In this document: positions 1 to 13,683 of the stretch, piece by piece
How positions within the stretch are numbered: position 1 is the stretch's first letter
Layout of the letters: the number at the start of each line of letters is the position of its first letter
Assembly (NCBI RefSeq): GCF_963921235.1
Contig: NC_086097.1
Location: 162,380,001-162,444,000, forward strand
From: Mobula hypostoma
Lineage: Eukaryota
DNA: 64,000 nt
Reading direction: 5' to 3'
Notes under the pieces: generated by a model
The model's input: only the letters and a program-made list of their open reading frames with translations
What the model was told of the DNA's origin: nothing
The model's database searches: none
Program-made: the position numbers and the translations under genes

Positions 1-259
1 CATCTCATTGTTTAGTACACCTGACTCCAAATATCTTTTGTCGAAGGCATTACTCCAGAGGTTTACATACTTTTTCAAACCTAGACTGTGATTGTTTAAA
101 TGGTATGCTCAGTATTGATGAGAAGTAGTACAATTGTTTGTGAGTTATTAGTTTAGGCAGATTGTGTTTGTCTACTATTGTGACTTGGATGAAGATCAGA
201 CCATATTTTATGAGTAATTCAGGAAACCAGCTAACTGCAAAGGGTTCACAACTGTTCTT

Positions 260-1270
260 TTGCAACTATATATGTTTTGTCACTTCCTCAAATAATTCAG
301 TCAAACTTATGAGGCATGTCCTGCTCCTCACAAAGCCACGTTGAAGATCCGTAATCAGTCTCTTTTTCCAAATGCTCATAAATCCTGCCTCTAAAAATCC
401 TCTCCAGTACCTGCCCACCACTGACATCCCTAATACCTTTCTTGAACAAAGCAATCTCTTCCCTCATTTTTCACAGTAACAATGTATATCCTGTCCAGTC
501 CCAGGGACTTAACTATTCAAATGTACCGGCATATGCTCTTAATGTCAATATGTTCTGGCATATCAACCGGCTCTACGCTGCCCTCGTGTTTGTCAGGATC
601 CCTTTCACTGGTGAAAACTGAAGCAAAGTACTCATTATGGATCTCTCCCATCTCCTCTGACTCCAGGCACATTTATCCTTGATTAGTCCTACCTTTATTC
701 CTGTTCTTCACATTTGTGTAGAACGCCTGGGGCTTTCCTTAAGCCTACCCACCAAAGTCTCTTCTAGCTTATGTCTTCTTCTCACTCTCCTAAATCTATT
801 CTTAGGCTCCTCCCTGGCTACTTTGTTACTCCCAACAACCCTGTCTAATTCTTCCTTCCTTGCTGCTTGCTTTCTTTTTTTCTTGACTCGATGTTCTACA
901 TCCCTTGAATCTCTTGAATCATGCTTCCTTCACCCTACCATCCTTACTTCAATGGAACAAATCTATCCAGAATCCTAGGAAACCTCATTTTGGTTGTGAA
1001 TTTCCGTAAAGTTCATTAGCTGTCAATTGCTGCTCTGAGATTCCTGCCTAATAGCATCATAATTCACTCTTGCCCGTAAATATTTTCTCATACCACCTGC
1101 TCCTGTCTCTGTTCACGGCTGTGGTAAAGGTCAATAAGTTGTGGTCACTATCTCTGAAATGCTCACACACCTGATTAAGTTCATGCCTAGTACCAGATCC
1201 AGTTTGGCCTGTCCATTGAAACCGTTTGCACTGAGGTGTCAATCAATATTAGGGACGTTGAAGTCACCCC
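260..1270 (-). mobile_element. Decayed CR1 LINE fragment
   Basis: QRGFVRSRTCLISLTELFEEVTK; EHFRDSDHNLLTF (endonuclease end). Confidence 0.65.
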
Positions 1271-2627
1271 TGATAACAACCCTGTTTAGTTTATTTTCCC
1301 AATTTTAAAAACAGCTAGAGTTGATGTTTTAATCCCATTAATGGTGAAAAATAAGAATCATGTTTGTTGCATGTGTTAATAACATAGATAAAAATATTTT
1401 CCATTTTGCCCAGTGTGTTCTGGTAAGCCAAGGACTGCTTGTGGTTATAGCCAATTTTTCACTGATTGCACTTAATTTGTGTGGATTCCTTAGTGAGAAT
1501 TCTGTTCCTGAGAATCTACCTGATGACTGAAGCATGAGATCATCCTGACAGCACAGCAGTCATGTAGAGCATGGAGGAGCGAAACAAACCCCTTTAAATT
1601 AAATGGTTTGTAGGTGGAAATGAACCTGATGCGTTTGATAACCATACTCTTAGTCTTCAGACCTGTCAAAAATAGGTAGGAGAATGCAAGGTATTGAAGT
1701 TTGCCGATGACATTAAAAGGGTCACAAGGGAATGTTGTGCTGACAGTATTGCAGCTCAGCAATGAATTGAAGATGCATTGATTAAATGGGTGAGAACTTG
1801 ACAAATGGAGTTTAATGTGGTAATGTTTGAGATCATGACCTTCAGTAAGAGGTAGCAGAAGGCAGATTACTCTGAATGGAGACTGCTTGGTGTATTGTGC
1901 CAGTGCAGCCAGTAGTTAAGGCAATTTGCATATTGGACTTTGTTGCAAGCGGGTTACAGTTTAGAAGTGGGCAAGTTTTGTTACAAATGTACAGTTTGTT
2001 GGTGAGGCCATTACCTGGAGCACTCTGCACAGTTTTAGTACCATTACTTAAGAAAAGATGTAGCGTTGGAGTCCATCCAATGTAAATTCACCTGCCTAAT
2101 TCCTGGGATGATAATTAAAAGAGGCTTAATGTGTTGGTTATGTATTCCAGGAAATTTAGAATGAGGGATGATCTTACTGAAATGCAGAAGGTCCTGATGT
2201 GTTATGGTAGGGTCAATATTGCTAAGCTTCCCCTAGTGGGAGAGTCTTAATGAGGGGACATGGGTACCAATCAATTAAAACCAACATGATTACTGATTTC
2301 CCTAAACAGATACAGGTGTTCCCCGATTTTCAAACGTTGGCTTTACGAAACCTCGCTGTTACAAAAGACCTACATTGTTACCTGTTTTTGCTAACAGAAG
2401 GTGTTTTCACTGTTACAAAAAAAGGCAGCGCGCACCCCGAGCAGCCAAGCTCCTCGTCCGGAACTGCATTCTCGCCGGCATTGCTTAAACACGTGCCTTT
2501 GAGCAGCCGTTAGCAAGATGAGCTCTAAGGTATCGGAAAAGCCTAAAAGAGCTCGTAAGGGTGTTACACTTAGTGTAAAACTAGACATAATTAAGCATTT
2601 CGATCGTGGTGAACGAAGTAAGGACAA

Positions 2628-4496
2628 GCAACACACATCAAAGTTGCTGGTGAACGCAGCAGGCCAGGCAGCATCTCTAGGAAGAGGCGCAGTCGCCATT
2701 TCAGGCCGAGACCTTTCATCAGGACGAACTGAAGGAAGAGTGAGTAAGGGATTTGAAAGTTGGAGGGGGAGATCCAAAATGATAGGAGAAGACAGGAGGG
2801 GGAGGGATGGAGCCAAGAGCTGGACAGGTGATAGGCAAAAGGGATACGAGAGGATCATGGGACAGGAGGTCCGGGAAGAAAGACGGGGGGGGGGGGAACC
2901 AGAGGATGGGCAAGGGGTATATTCAGAGGGACAGAGGGAGAAAAAGGAGAGTGAGAGAAAGAATGTGTGTATAAAAATAAGTAACAGATGGGGTACAAGG
3001 GGGCGGTGGGGCATTAGCGGAAGTTAGAGAAGTCAATGTTCATGCCATCAGGTTGGAGGCTAGCCAGACGGAATATAAGGTGTTGTTCCTCCAACCCGAG
3101 TGTGGCTTCATCTTTACAGTAGAGGAGGCCGTGGATAGACATGTCAGAATGGGAATGGGATGTGGAATTAAAATGTGTGGCCACTGGGAGATCCTGCTTT
3201 CTCTGGCGGACAGAGTGTAGATGTTCAGCAAAGCAGTCTCCCAGTCTGCGTCGGGTCTCGCCAATATATAAAAGGCCACATTGGGAGCACCGGACGCAGT
3301 ATATCACCCCGGTCGACTCACAGGTGAAGTGTTGCCTCACCTGGAAGGACTGTTTGGGGCCCTGAATGGTGGTAAGGGAAGAAGTGTAAGGGCATGTGTA
3401 GCACTTGTTCCGCTTACATGGATAAGTGCCAGGAGGGAGATCAGTGGGGAGGGATGGGGGGGACGAATGGACAAGGGAGTCGCGTAGGGAGCGATCCCTG
3501 CGGAATGCAGAGAGAGGGGGGGAGGGAAAGATGTGCTTAGTGGTGGGGTCCCGTTGGAGGTGGCGGAAGTCACGGAAGTCAAGCACATCTTTCCCCCCCC
3601 CCCGCATTCCGCAGTGATCGCTCCCTACGCGACTCCCTTGTCCATTCATCCCCCCCATCCTTCCCCACTGATCTCCCTCCTGGCACTTATCCGTGTAAGC
3701 GAAACAAGTGCTACTCATGCCCTTACACTGCCTCCCTTACCACCATTCAGGGCTTCCAAACAGTCCTTCCAGGTGAGGCAACACTTCACCTGTGAGTTGG
3801 CTGGGGTGATATACTGTGTCCGGTGCTCCCGATGTGGCCTTTTATATATTGGCGAGACCCGACGTAGACTGGGAGACCGCTTTGCTGAACACCTACGCTC
3901 TGTCCGCCAGAGAAAGCAGGATCTCCCAGTGGCCACACATTTTAATTCCACCTCCCATTCCCATTCTGACATGTCTATCCACGGCCTCCTCTACTGTAAA
4001 GATGGAGCCACACTCAGGTTGGAGGAACAACACCTTATATTCCGTCTGGGTAGCCTCCAACCTGATGGCATGAACATCGACTTCTCTAACTTCCGCTAAT
4101 GCCCCACCTCCCCCTCGTACCCCATCTGTTACTTATTTTTATACACACATTCTTTCTCTCACTCTCCTTTTTCTCCCTTTGTCCCTCTGAATATACCCCT
4201 TGCCCATCCTCTGGTTTCCCCCCCCCCTGTCTTTCTTCCCGGACCTCCTTTCCCATGATCCTCTCATATCCCTTGGCTCCATCCCTCCCCCTCCTGTCTT
4301 CTCCTATCATTTTGGATCTCCCTCTCCCCCTCCAAATCCCTTACTCACTCTTCCTTCAGTTAGTCCTGACGAAGGGTCTCGGCCTGAAACGGCGACTGCG
4401 CCTCTTCCTAGAGACGCTGCCTGGCCTGCTGCGTTCACCAGCAACTTTGATGTGTGTTGCTTGAATTTCCAGCATCTGCAGAATTCCTGTTGTTTG
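2628..4496. mobile_element. Penelope-like element 3' ends, inverted double (left arm -, right arm +)
   Basis: GIY-YIG ORF remnants (VIYCVRCSRCGLLYIGET...NIDFSNFR*) on both strands; 14-bp TSD CGAAGTAAGGACAA at 2614-2627 and 4497-4510. Confidence 0.9.
4362..4397 (+). ncRNA. Hammerhead motif with mutated cleavage triplet (GGC)
   Basis: AGTC-CTGACGA-AGGGTCTCGGCCT-GAAAC-GGC-GACT; the mirror copy at 2691-2726 (-) also has GGC. Confidence 0.6.
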
Positions 4497-4984
4497 CGAA
4501 GTAAGGACAAAGTGAGTTTGGCTTGTGGAAGTTGACGAAGATGATGTTGAAGAGGTTTTGGCAGCCCACGACCAAGAACAGATAGATGAAGAGCTGATGC
4601 AATTGGAAGAGGAAAGGATAACAATCGAAACCGAATGCAGTAGCGAACGGACCAAAAGTGAAGTCGTCCAGGAACTGAACGTGAAGCAATTGCATGAGAT
4701 TTTCGCTGCAGTGATTGCAGAAAAGTACGACTTTAATTTTGAAAGGGTACGTAGGTTTAGGGCATATTTGCATGATGGTTTGGGTGCTTACAAAGAACTG
4801 TATGGTAGAAAAATGCGCGAGGCTAAGCAATCAAGCATACTGTCGTTTTTCAAGCCTTCCACATCAGCCACAGCAGATGATGAACTTCGACCTTTGACAT
4901 CGAGGCAGGCAGACATAGAAGAAGATGACCTGCTTGCCCTGATGGAATCAAACAACGACGAGATGACACCCCAGCGTCCCACCA

Positions 4985-5319
4985 CTCCAACCTCCAGGCT
5001 GCGGACTGATACATTGCTGCGGAGAATGCAGCGGTAGCTGGGACGCACCCAACACACCTTTAAGAGAAAAGCCAAAATAAACAAGCTAATTAATTAGGTG
5101 CCGCCTGGCACGTAAATGTCGGCCCAGATCAGAGGCGATTGCCAATTGCATCGCCTCTGATCTGGGCTGACATTTACGTGCTGGGCGGCACCTAATTAAT
5201 TAGCTTGTTTATTTTGGCCTTTTTCTTAAAGATGTGCTGCGTGCGTCCCGGCTACCGCTGCACCACTGTATGCTTCGCGGATCGGTATCGGTTGGCGGCC
5301 TGGAGGTTGGGGACCACTG
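4985..5319. mobile_element. Palindromic MITE (hAT-like end) nested in the Tigger
   Basis: Near-perfect inverted repeat 5027-5262 centred near 5144; right end reads CAGTGGTCCCCAACC on the - strand. Confidence 0.6.
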
Positions 5320-6425
5320 CACCACCCCAACCTCCAATGACTCAGCCTAACACACCATCATCAATGTGCTCGGTGCTGTCTTCCCAAATCCAGTAAGTGA
5401 TACTACACCGTACATACATTATTTCTACTTTATATAGGCTGTGTATTTTTATGTGTTATTTGGTATGATTTGGCAGCTTCATAGCTTAAAGGTTACTGGA
5501 GAGAGTGTTTCTGCTGAGAGCGCTTGCGTGAGATTTTCGCTACGGAGAATAGTGTGGCACTGATTGTAGAAAAGTATTTCTACTTTATATAGGCTGTGTA
5601 TTTATCATATCATTCCTGCTTTTACTATTTTTTGCTTTTATTTTAGGTTTTCTGTGTTATTTGGCATGTTTTGGTAGGTTTTTTTTGGGTCTGCGAACGC
5701 TCACAAATTTTTGCCATATAAATAAATGGTAATTGCTTCTTCAGTTTACGACATTCTGGTTTATGAACCGTTTCGTAGGAACGCTCTACCTTTGGATGGC
5801 GGAAGAAACCTGTACCACATTAGTAGAGCCTCTGGATTCCCCTACTGCAGAAGTTTGTGGAGATAAGATGATTAGATGTATTTAAAACAGTGGCAGGTAA
5901 ATTTTGAAAAATTGAGACTCTGAGTACTTGGGGCTGTGGCACAGAAGTGGAGTTGAAGCCTGGAGTAGTTCACTGATTGAATAGCAGGAAAGTCTTGAGG
6001 GGCTAGGTGGCCTGTCCTTTTTTCTTGTGTTTACAATCTAGGAACCCAAACAATTCTTCAAGGTGAAGCAGTGATCACTTGTACATTTTTCCAATCTAGT
6101 GTACTGTATTTGCTGTCATTATTTAGGTAGATTTGCTTTGCAGAAATCAAGTGTGGATTGAACTCTACTCAGCATTATTCTGGGAAGGATAACACTAGTA
6201 GGACTGGAGTTGTTTGAGAAGATGGGTAATTGCCATCACTTGAGGGAATTAGAATAGACAATAAATGCTTTCTTTCCAGCAATACCTACTACTCATGAAT
6301 ATTAACATTCCATTTATATAACAATTAAGTTTTTATTGATTAGTCCTTTGGCAGGCCTAAGATATTTCTAACTTTACGTTTAAAACATTTTGCACACTCC
6401 TTTCCAATATTATTTTTCCTTTTAG

Positions 6426-6548
6426 ATGAAAAGTGCTAGCTTTAATGCTGATCCATATGTTCGGGAATTTGGAATAGGAGTGAGAGATGACATGACGGAT
6501 GTTCCAGGTCGAGTTCTTCAGGCACCTTCCTTGTTGTATGGTGGTCGG
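6426..6548 (+). CDS. AGO2: Argonaute-2 internal coding exon (L2 linker; equivalent to human exon 10)
   Basis: tttag|ATG...CGG|gtatgg; 123 nt; [41 protein letters not shown]. Upstream exons lie outside the window. Confidence 0.95.
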
Positions 6549-7174
6549 GTATGGACTTCTATATTGTTAAATTAGCTTGTTTTCTCTCGTAACTTTGAAA
6601 ATAAGATATTAATCTTGAAGCAATATATTCAGTTCAGTACATGTGTGATATGAATGTGCCAGCTTTTGTAACAAAGCTTCCTTCTGTGTCCTTGGAAAAT
6701 GTCTTCCTGGTATGACTTCCCTATATTTTCACTCACACTTTGTGTTAAAGGTATAAGGAATGAGAGAGAATGTTATATAATAAGTGTTAATGGTATAATG
6801 CACCAGAGAGAATGTTATAATGCTAAGCAGTTTTGCCAGAAAATAATTTGTGATCAATTTCATAAATCATTAACCTGCATGTATATAACAATTGTTTAGA
6901 GATTAGTTATGAAATCATCTAGATCACAAAAATTAGCTGCTGGAATAATAATTATATGTTGTATACATTGCTGTCAAGTTGAACTTCTATTCTTTGCCTG
7001 TTTTGTAAATTTGTTTTTAATTGAAATTAATTACTTGTATTTTGTATTTGAACCTTCCCAGTTAAAAGGTTGAGAACAAAAACGCTCATGGTTGCAATTC
7101 CTTAAAATAATGTATACCATTGCTTTGAAATAATCCTGATTTTTATATTGCTTTCTAATTTTTATTTGTTGCAG

Positions 7175-7308
7175 AACAAGACAATTGCTACTCCCATTCA
7201 AGGTGTATGGGATATGCGAGGTAAACAATTTCATACAGGCATTGAAGTCAAAGTTTGGGCCATTGCCTGTTTCGCTCCACAGAGGCAGTGCAGAGAAGAC
7301 ACACTCAA
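7175..7308 (+). CDS. AGO2: Argonaute-2 exon (L2/MID)
   Basis: gcag|AAC...CTCAA|gtaag; 134 nt; [45 protein letters not shown]. Confidence 0.95.
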
Positions 7309-7524
7309 GTAAGAAATATTGTTAATCCACAGCATTTGTAACTTAAATGCATAAAGTTAAACAGAACAGCAATATGGACACTTGAATGTTGTTACACATC
7401 TTTCTATGAGATTAATGAATACAAGGTGAGAATCCATCTGAGGCTAGGTGGTGGAGAGAGCTTCCACCTAAATGTTGAAGTAGGTTATATGTAATTGGTA
7501 AAGAGTTATACATATTTTATACAA

Positions 7525-8015
7525 GTTCTGCAGTTCTGGTCACCTAACTATAGGAAGGATATCAGTAAGATTGAAAGTGTGCAGAGAAGATTTACTAGGA
7601 TGTTGCCGGGTCTTGAGGCGTTGAGTTACAGGGAAAGATTGAACAGGTGAGGACTTTTTTCCTTGGAGTGTAGAAGAATGAGGGGAGATTTGATAGAGGT
7701 TTACAAAATAATGAGGGGTATAGACAGAGTCACGAGAGGACATGGCTTTAGGGTGAAAGGGGAAAGATGTAGGGGTAACATTAGGGGGAACAACTTCACT
7801 CAGAGTGGTGGGAGTGTGGAATGAGCTGCCATCTGACGTGGTAAATGCAGGCTCACTCTTAAGTTTTAAGAACAAATTGGATAGATACATGGATGGGAGA
7901 GGTCTGGAGGGTTATGGACTGGGTGCGGGTCAATGGGACTAGCGGAATAAAGTTTCGGCACAGACTAGGAGGGCTGAATGGCCTGTTTTTCTGTGCTGTA
8001 GTGTTCTGTGGTTCT
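7525..8015 (+). mobile_element. CR1 LINE 3' fragment
   Basis: cagttctggtcacc...ESVQRRFTRMLPGL...RMRGDLIEVYKIMRG; terminal gttctgtggttct. Confidence 0.8.
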
Positions 8016-8109
8016 AAGTAAAACTTGTAATTTCTGAGGCATACACTACGTACAGCAAAGGAGAGATTGGATTTGGGAGCTGGGGTTCAAACTTTGTACC
8101 CTGACTTAA

Positions 8110-8528
8110 TCCAGTTATGTTATATGGCTCAGAATGTTGGGACAATATCTAGTAACATGAAACGAATTGTAGCAGCAGAGATGTGGTTTTTGAAGAGGAT
8201 GCAAAGAATATCATGGACGAAACGAATATCTAATGAATGCATGTCATGAACAGAGCAAACACAAAAAGAGAAATAATGCATGAGATCATGAAAAGGCAAC
8301 ATAACTTCATTGGGCATGTGATTAGGAAAGAGGAGTTAAAATGCAAGGTAATTATGGGAAAGATTGGAGGGAAGAAAGCAAGAGGAAGACAAAGACAAAT
8401 GATGATGGAGACAGCAACCAGAGAACTGGAAATGAATACCAGTGAATTGATCCACTTGACCCAAAACAGGAGTGCATGGGCCATGGCAGTCAAAGCTGAA
8501 ACTGGGCATGGCACCTGATGATGATGAT
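8110..8528 (+). mobile_element. RTE-clade LINE 3' end
   Basis: AAEMWFLKRMQRISWT, FIGHVIRK, GKIGGKKARGRQR; (TGA)n tail; 10-bp TSD CCTGACTTAA at 8100-8109 and 8529-8538. Confidence 0.82.
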
Positions 8529-8925
8529 CCTGACTTAAGCAAGCTTTCAGACAAGGTGTTTGCTCTTAATTGTGTCCTAATGGCCCATGTTGCAACTGTT
8601 GCATAGATATGAGGCAAGGACATAATTGCAGTCACTAGGCAACAAAATTAGAAGCTTTAAGAGAGATGGAAGGAGAATTTAAGACTTTTTGAAATTAATA
8701 TGCCCTTCATTCCATCTATTTCTGCCAAACCAACTCTTCCCCTCTTTTTTTGTAATATAAAGTACTTATGTGGTATACAGTGACAGTATGCAGTCAGGAA
8801 TTAGCCCAAGAGCTTAGTCAGTGAAGCATGCCAAATCTTCTTGCTCTGGTGTTAATATCTCTTCTGTGCAGGACTGCAGCAAAATCAAAGTATTTAAGAT
8901 CAAATATGCTGACTTGGTGTTCTAA

Positions 8926-9426
<501 letters not shown>

Positions 9427-10761
9427 TAATTTAGACCATTGTGTCTGTGAAAGTTTGCTGAATTGTTAAAACCTTAGTTGAAGGGCTGCCCAATGTAATC
9501 TATCTTGATGTCTTAAATCCAGCAGAAGATCGAAGGATTTGCATTTTGTTGATTTTATTTCCTACATTGAGTTATAGCTGTATGATATGTGGTCAAACTT
9601 GTTTTTGTATTGCCTTGTGACTTTAAATTTTATAGATAATCAGATACCTGCTGTTCTAAGAAACCCTGTTCTTTGAAAATTTGACATCTTATTTTATAAC
9701 TATGAATTTTTGTGACAAAACTGGGTTTAAATTCTAGAAAGAAGCTGAGTGGTGGATTGTTAACATGGTCTTTCGCCTTTTGGATCAGATCCATATCCAG
9801 TCTAAACTGCGTTAATGCAGATTTTCTCTGTGAAGTAGGCTTAGCCAGTTTAAGTCCCACTTAGAGCAGGTTTGGGCAGTAATGTGAAATTGTTCTGGCT
9901 GTATATAGAGCCAATGTGCAGTTTTGCATAACACTCAAGGTGAAAGATATTGTGTGTTTTTTTTTTGGGAAATCTTGGGCTGAATCTTGCACCCTTTGTC
10001 TGAAACTGTTGTTCATGGTCAACCCCTGTCTATCCTTACTGTCTTGCTGGTCAAATAAGTTTTAGACTGCATCAGCATGAATTGAGTGGAAGCGTAGCCT
10101 TTAATGCTATCATGGGGTGGTCCTCCTCCCACCATCTCTGTGGAAAGTAGTAAAGAATTTTATTAGTTTTAAAATGTCTTTTTAAGTTCAGTGACATCTC
10201 AAAACTATTCAAAGTTAATTTAAATTTAGGAACAGTTCTGAATTAGTTAGCTAAACACTTCAATATTTACAATATACTCAGAAGAATTTTTTGAAATAAA
10301 GTAATTTAGTTCTTCACTTTGTTACTGCTGCCCTAAAATCCCCTTTGAACTCAGTGAGGTAGAAAAACTGAAAAGCTTCCTCTCCCCCCCCCCTCCCCCC
10401 CCATTTCATCCATGTTATGAATTTGGGATATCTTGGTGGGATAGGGTTCCATTTCTTGTTTCCCAAGAGTGTATAATGGCAGATGCATTGTTGCTACATT
10501 TCTAAGTTCAGGGCTTGTGCATTTGACAACTTGCCATGGTATGTTGTCAACTGAACTATTAAATGCTTGTGATTCAAGATGGGTCAATAAAGTGTGGTAA
10601 ATGAAATTGAGGTACTGATTAACCATGTTCTAATTAAATGACAGAACACCCACAGTGGTTGAATGTATTGCTTCATGTTGCCTGACTGAATCAATTTTGA
10701 TTTATGTAAGACTGATCCAAAATTGAATTCTTTGTTAACAATCAAAATTTTCTACCAACAG

Positions 10762-10921
10762 CGGAGGTTAAGCGTGTGGGTGATACATTACTCGGCATGG
10801 CAACTCAATGCGTGCAGGTTAAAAATGTGCTGAAAACCTCTCCGCAAACACTTTCCAACCTTTGCCTGAAGATCAATGTAAAGCTGGGAGGTGTCAATAA
10901 CATATTGGTGCCACAAGGAAG
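10762..10921 (+). CDS. AGO2: Argonaute-2 exon (MID)
   Basis: acag|CG GAG...GGA AG|gttggt; 160 nt; [54 protein letters not shown]. Confidence 0.96.
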
Positions 10922-12469
10922 GTTGGTAATTAAGGAGTTTTTCTACAATTTCAACTATGTTAGTAAAATGGGGCATGTTTCTATACAACACTTTTCTTCC
11001 TTTTCACTGGTCTTTAGGGCTGATATAACTAAACTGTTATTGAGGGAACCCATTGAAACTTGCATCCTGCTCAATCTGACCACTGCAACTGCATCGTACA
11101 ATCCCTCTATGATTTGAAAGTTAATGACTTTTTTATTGGTACACTGACACAGCAATTTCAGTCTTTCAGGCCTGTTCCTTTTGTTACTTTAATAATTCAG
11201 TGTGCTTCTTTATAAATTGTAACTATCACATTTTAATATATAGCACTGTAACACTTTTTATTGAATTGACTTTATTGCTTACATCCTTCATATACATGAG
11301 TAAAAAAATCATTATATGTCATGTCTCTGTCTAAATGTGCAATTTATAGTAATATATAATAAATAGTATGTACAACAATATAACATAGAAATACAGTTGT
11401 GTCAGTTTGAATTAATCAGTCTGATGTCCTGGTGGAAGTAACTGTCCTGGAGCCTGTTGGCCCTGGTTTTTATCTGCGATAAACTTCTGGCCCCTACTTT
11501 GGACTTTGATTTTTGGGCTTAAAAGCTGACACCTATGTTGAGCGGACTTGATGAAGTGCTTTTACATGGCATCTTTGAGGACTCCAGTTTTGTTTCACAC
11601 ATTTTTGACGCTTTAGTAATGTAACATTTCATCACAATCAGGTTCTCAAAATAGCAATGAGGAACATAACTGAATTTTTGTTGTTGCAACAACAGGACAG
11701 CAGAATATATCTCTAAGATCCTTAAAATAATACTGAGGGATTACTTGTCTGTAATCAAGTAGTCAAAACTAATGATGTAAAATTTCACCTGAAAGAGGGT
11801 ATCTTCAATGCTGCTACATTTCCTTGGTAGTCAATTGAAATGTCATACTGGTTCATGGTTTGCTATTAAATGTTTTATTGGGTTCTGTGGAAAAATGCTA
11901 TAACTGAATGAAAATCTGCTGACCAGATAGTTTGAATAAGGAGGGTGCACCCAGATGTTTTCCTAGTATTTGCATTATTTAGGGGATATAACTGTAAAGA
12001 GGAAATTCTGAAGGTAAATGTTTTCAGTTGTACCATTAGAATTTGCATGCATTTAGTACCTAAAAATATCTCACCTTGATGATTTACCTAGAATCGAGGC
12101 TTTAAGCAATGATTTAGTTCTATTGATGTAAGGATATTGTGGTCTTGTATGGCTACTGGCATAAAAAGAAAGTTCTTTGGCTGTCCTGAATATAATACAA
12201 TATTTGGCAATTTTTATACTGAAAATGAAACTATGATATTGTATAAATATCTAATGTCCATACTGTTAAAACAGGGTGCCAAAGGTGTGGGCTTAGGAAA
12301 TGGAAATCTTAAGAAATTTAGGAGTGATTTTGACGTTGGAATAGATTGGAAATTTAGTACAAATTGTGCCAAAGATGTAGCTGTTTGAAAAGTTACCTAA
12401 CCTCATTTCTGCTCATTCTGGCCCAGGTAACTTGTGTACCTTTAGGTCTTACAGCACCCTGTCTCTCAG

Positions 12470-13095
12470 ACCCAACTTGGAGTACTGTTTTCAGTTCTGG
12501 TCATCTCACTACAGGAAGGATATGGATACTCTAGAGTGAGTGCAGAGAAGATTTACAAGGATGTTGTCTGGATTGGACAGCGTGCCTTACGAGAATAGGT
12601 TGAGTGAACTTGGCGTTTTCTCCTTGGAACGATGGAGGATGAGAGGTGATCTGGTAGAGGTGTATAAGATGATGAAAGGCAATGATCGTGTGGATAGCCG
12701 GAGGCTTTTTCCCAGGGCTGAAATGGCTCACATGAAGGGGCATAGTTTTAAGGTGCTTGGAAGTAGGTACAAGGGGGATGTTGGAGGTAAGTTTTTCCAC
12801 ACAGAGAGAGGTGGGTGCATGGAATGCACTGCCAGTGAAGGTGATAGAGGCAGATACAATAGGGTCCCTGTGACCATATCGGTTTGCCCTGGATGCAGCA
12901 GTTAGTTTCCTCATCCCAAAGACCTGCTGTTGGGAGGTTAGTTGACCACTGTAAATTGCCCATTGTGTGTAGGTAAGTGGCAGAATCTTTTAATACGAAT
13001 GTGGAGAGAGTAAGGTATCGGATTGATTACTATTAGTATAATTGGGTGTTTGAAAATCAGTATGGGCTATGGGCAGAATGGTCTCTGTCTGTGCT
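12470..13095 (+). mobile_element. CR1 LINE fragment followed by SINE-like sequence
   Basis: VQRRFTRMLSGL...RMRGDLVEVYKMMKG. Confidence 0.75.
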
Positions 13096-13142
13096 ATATG
13101 TCCCTGTTTCTGTCAGTTTTATATTTTTATTTGCTGTTCCAG

Positions 13143-13233
13143 GCCAGCAGTATTTCAGCAGCCGGTTATATTTTTGGGTGCAGATGTAACACACCCACCA
13201 GCTGGTGATGGGAAGAAGCCTTCTATTGCTGCG
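13143..13233 (+). CDS. AGO2: Argonaute-2 exon (PIWI start, first catalytic Asp)
   Basis: ccag|G CCA...GCG|gtaggt; 91 nt; [30 protein letters not shown]. Confidence 0.96.
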
Positions 13234-13647
13234 GTAGGTTCTTTACTTTTAAAAAAAAATCACACACACACAACAAAATGGTGAGGATGCTAGATGTCGG
13301 GAATAGAAAATTGCTGGAAATACCAAGCAGGTAAATTATCAATACGGGAGAAAGTCAGTATTTGTTTCAAACAAAATTTAATTTCTTATGAAAGGTCATC
13401 ACTGAAAAATTGACTATTTCTCTCCTGCTAATTTTGCATGACCAGAATATGTCTAGTATATATCTGTTCTTGTCTTATATTTTCAGTTCAGTTTATGTTA
13501 GAGTGTTAAATCATTTTCTTGGAAAAAGTAACAAGTTATTTAGTATTGCAAACAACAGGAATTCTGCAGATGCTGGAAATTCAAGCAACACACATCAAAG
13601 TTGCTGGTGAATGCAGCAGGCCAGGCAGCATCTCTAGGAAGAGGTAC

Positions 13648-13683
13648 AGTCGACGTTTCAGGCCGAGACCCTTCATCAGGACT
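13648..13683 (-). ncRNA. Minimal type I hammerhead ribozyme motif (PLE-borne)
   Basis: Reverse complement AGTC-CTGATGA-AGGGTCTCGGCCT-GAAAC-GTC-GACT. Confidence 0.72.

Larger units (their letters stand above)
2313..5812 (+). mobile_element. Internally deleted Tigger/pogo DNA transposon carrying nested insertions
   Basis: TA|CAGGT...ACCTG|TA ends; CENP-B-type HTH start MSSKVSEKPKRARKGVTLSVKLDIIKHFDRGER (2518); Tigger-type C-terminus EVDEDDVEEVL...KQSSILSFFKP (4525-4860); no DDE domain seen. Confidence 0.8.

Noticed and set aside
2518..3027. 169-aa ORF suggesting an HTH fusion protein
   Set aside because: It is the Tigger N-terminus reading by chance into the antisense PLE arm; the TSD marks the junction.
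3014..4099. Standalone GIY-YIG nuclease genes
   Set aside because: They are multi-copy 5'-truncated PLE ends with TSDs; their start codons arise from the opposite arm.
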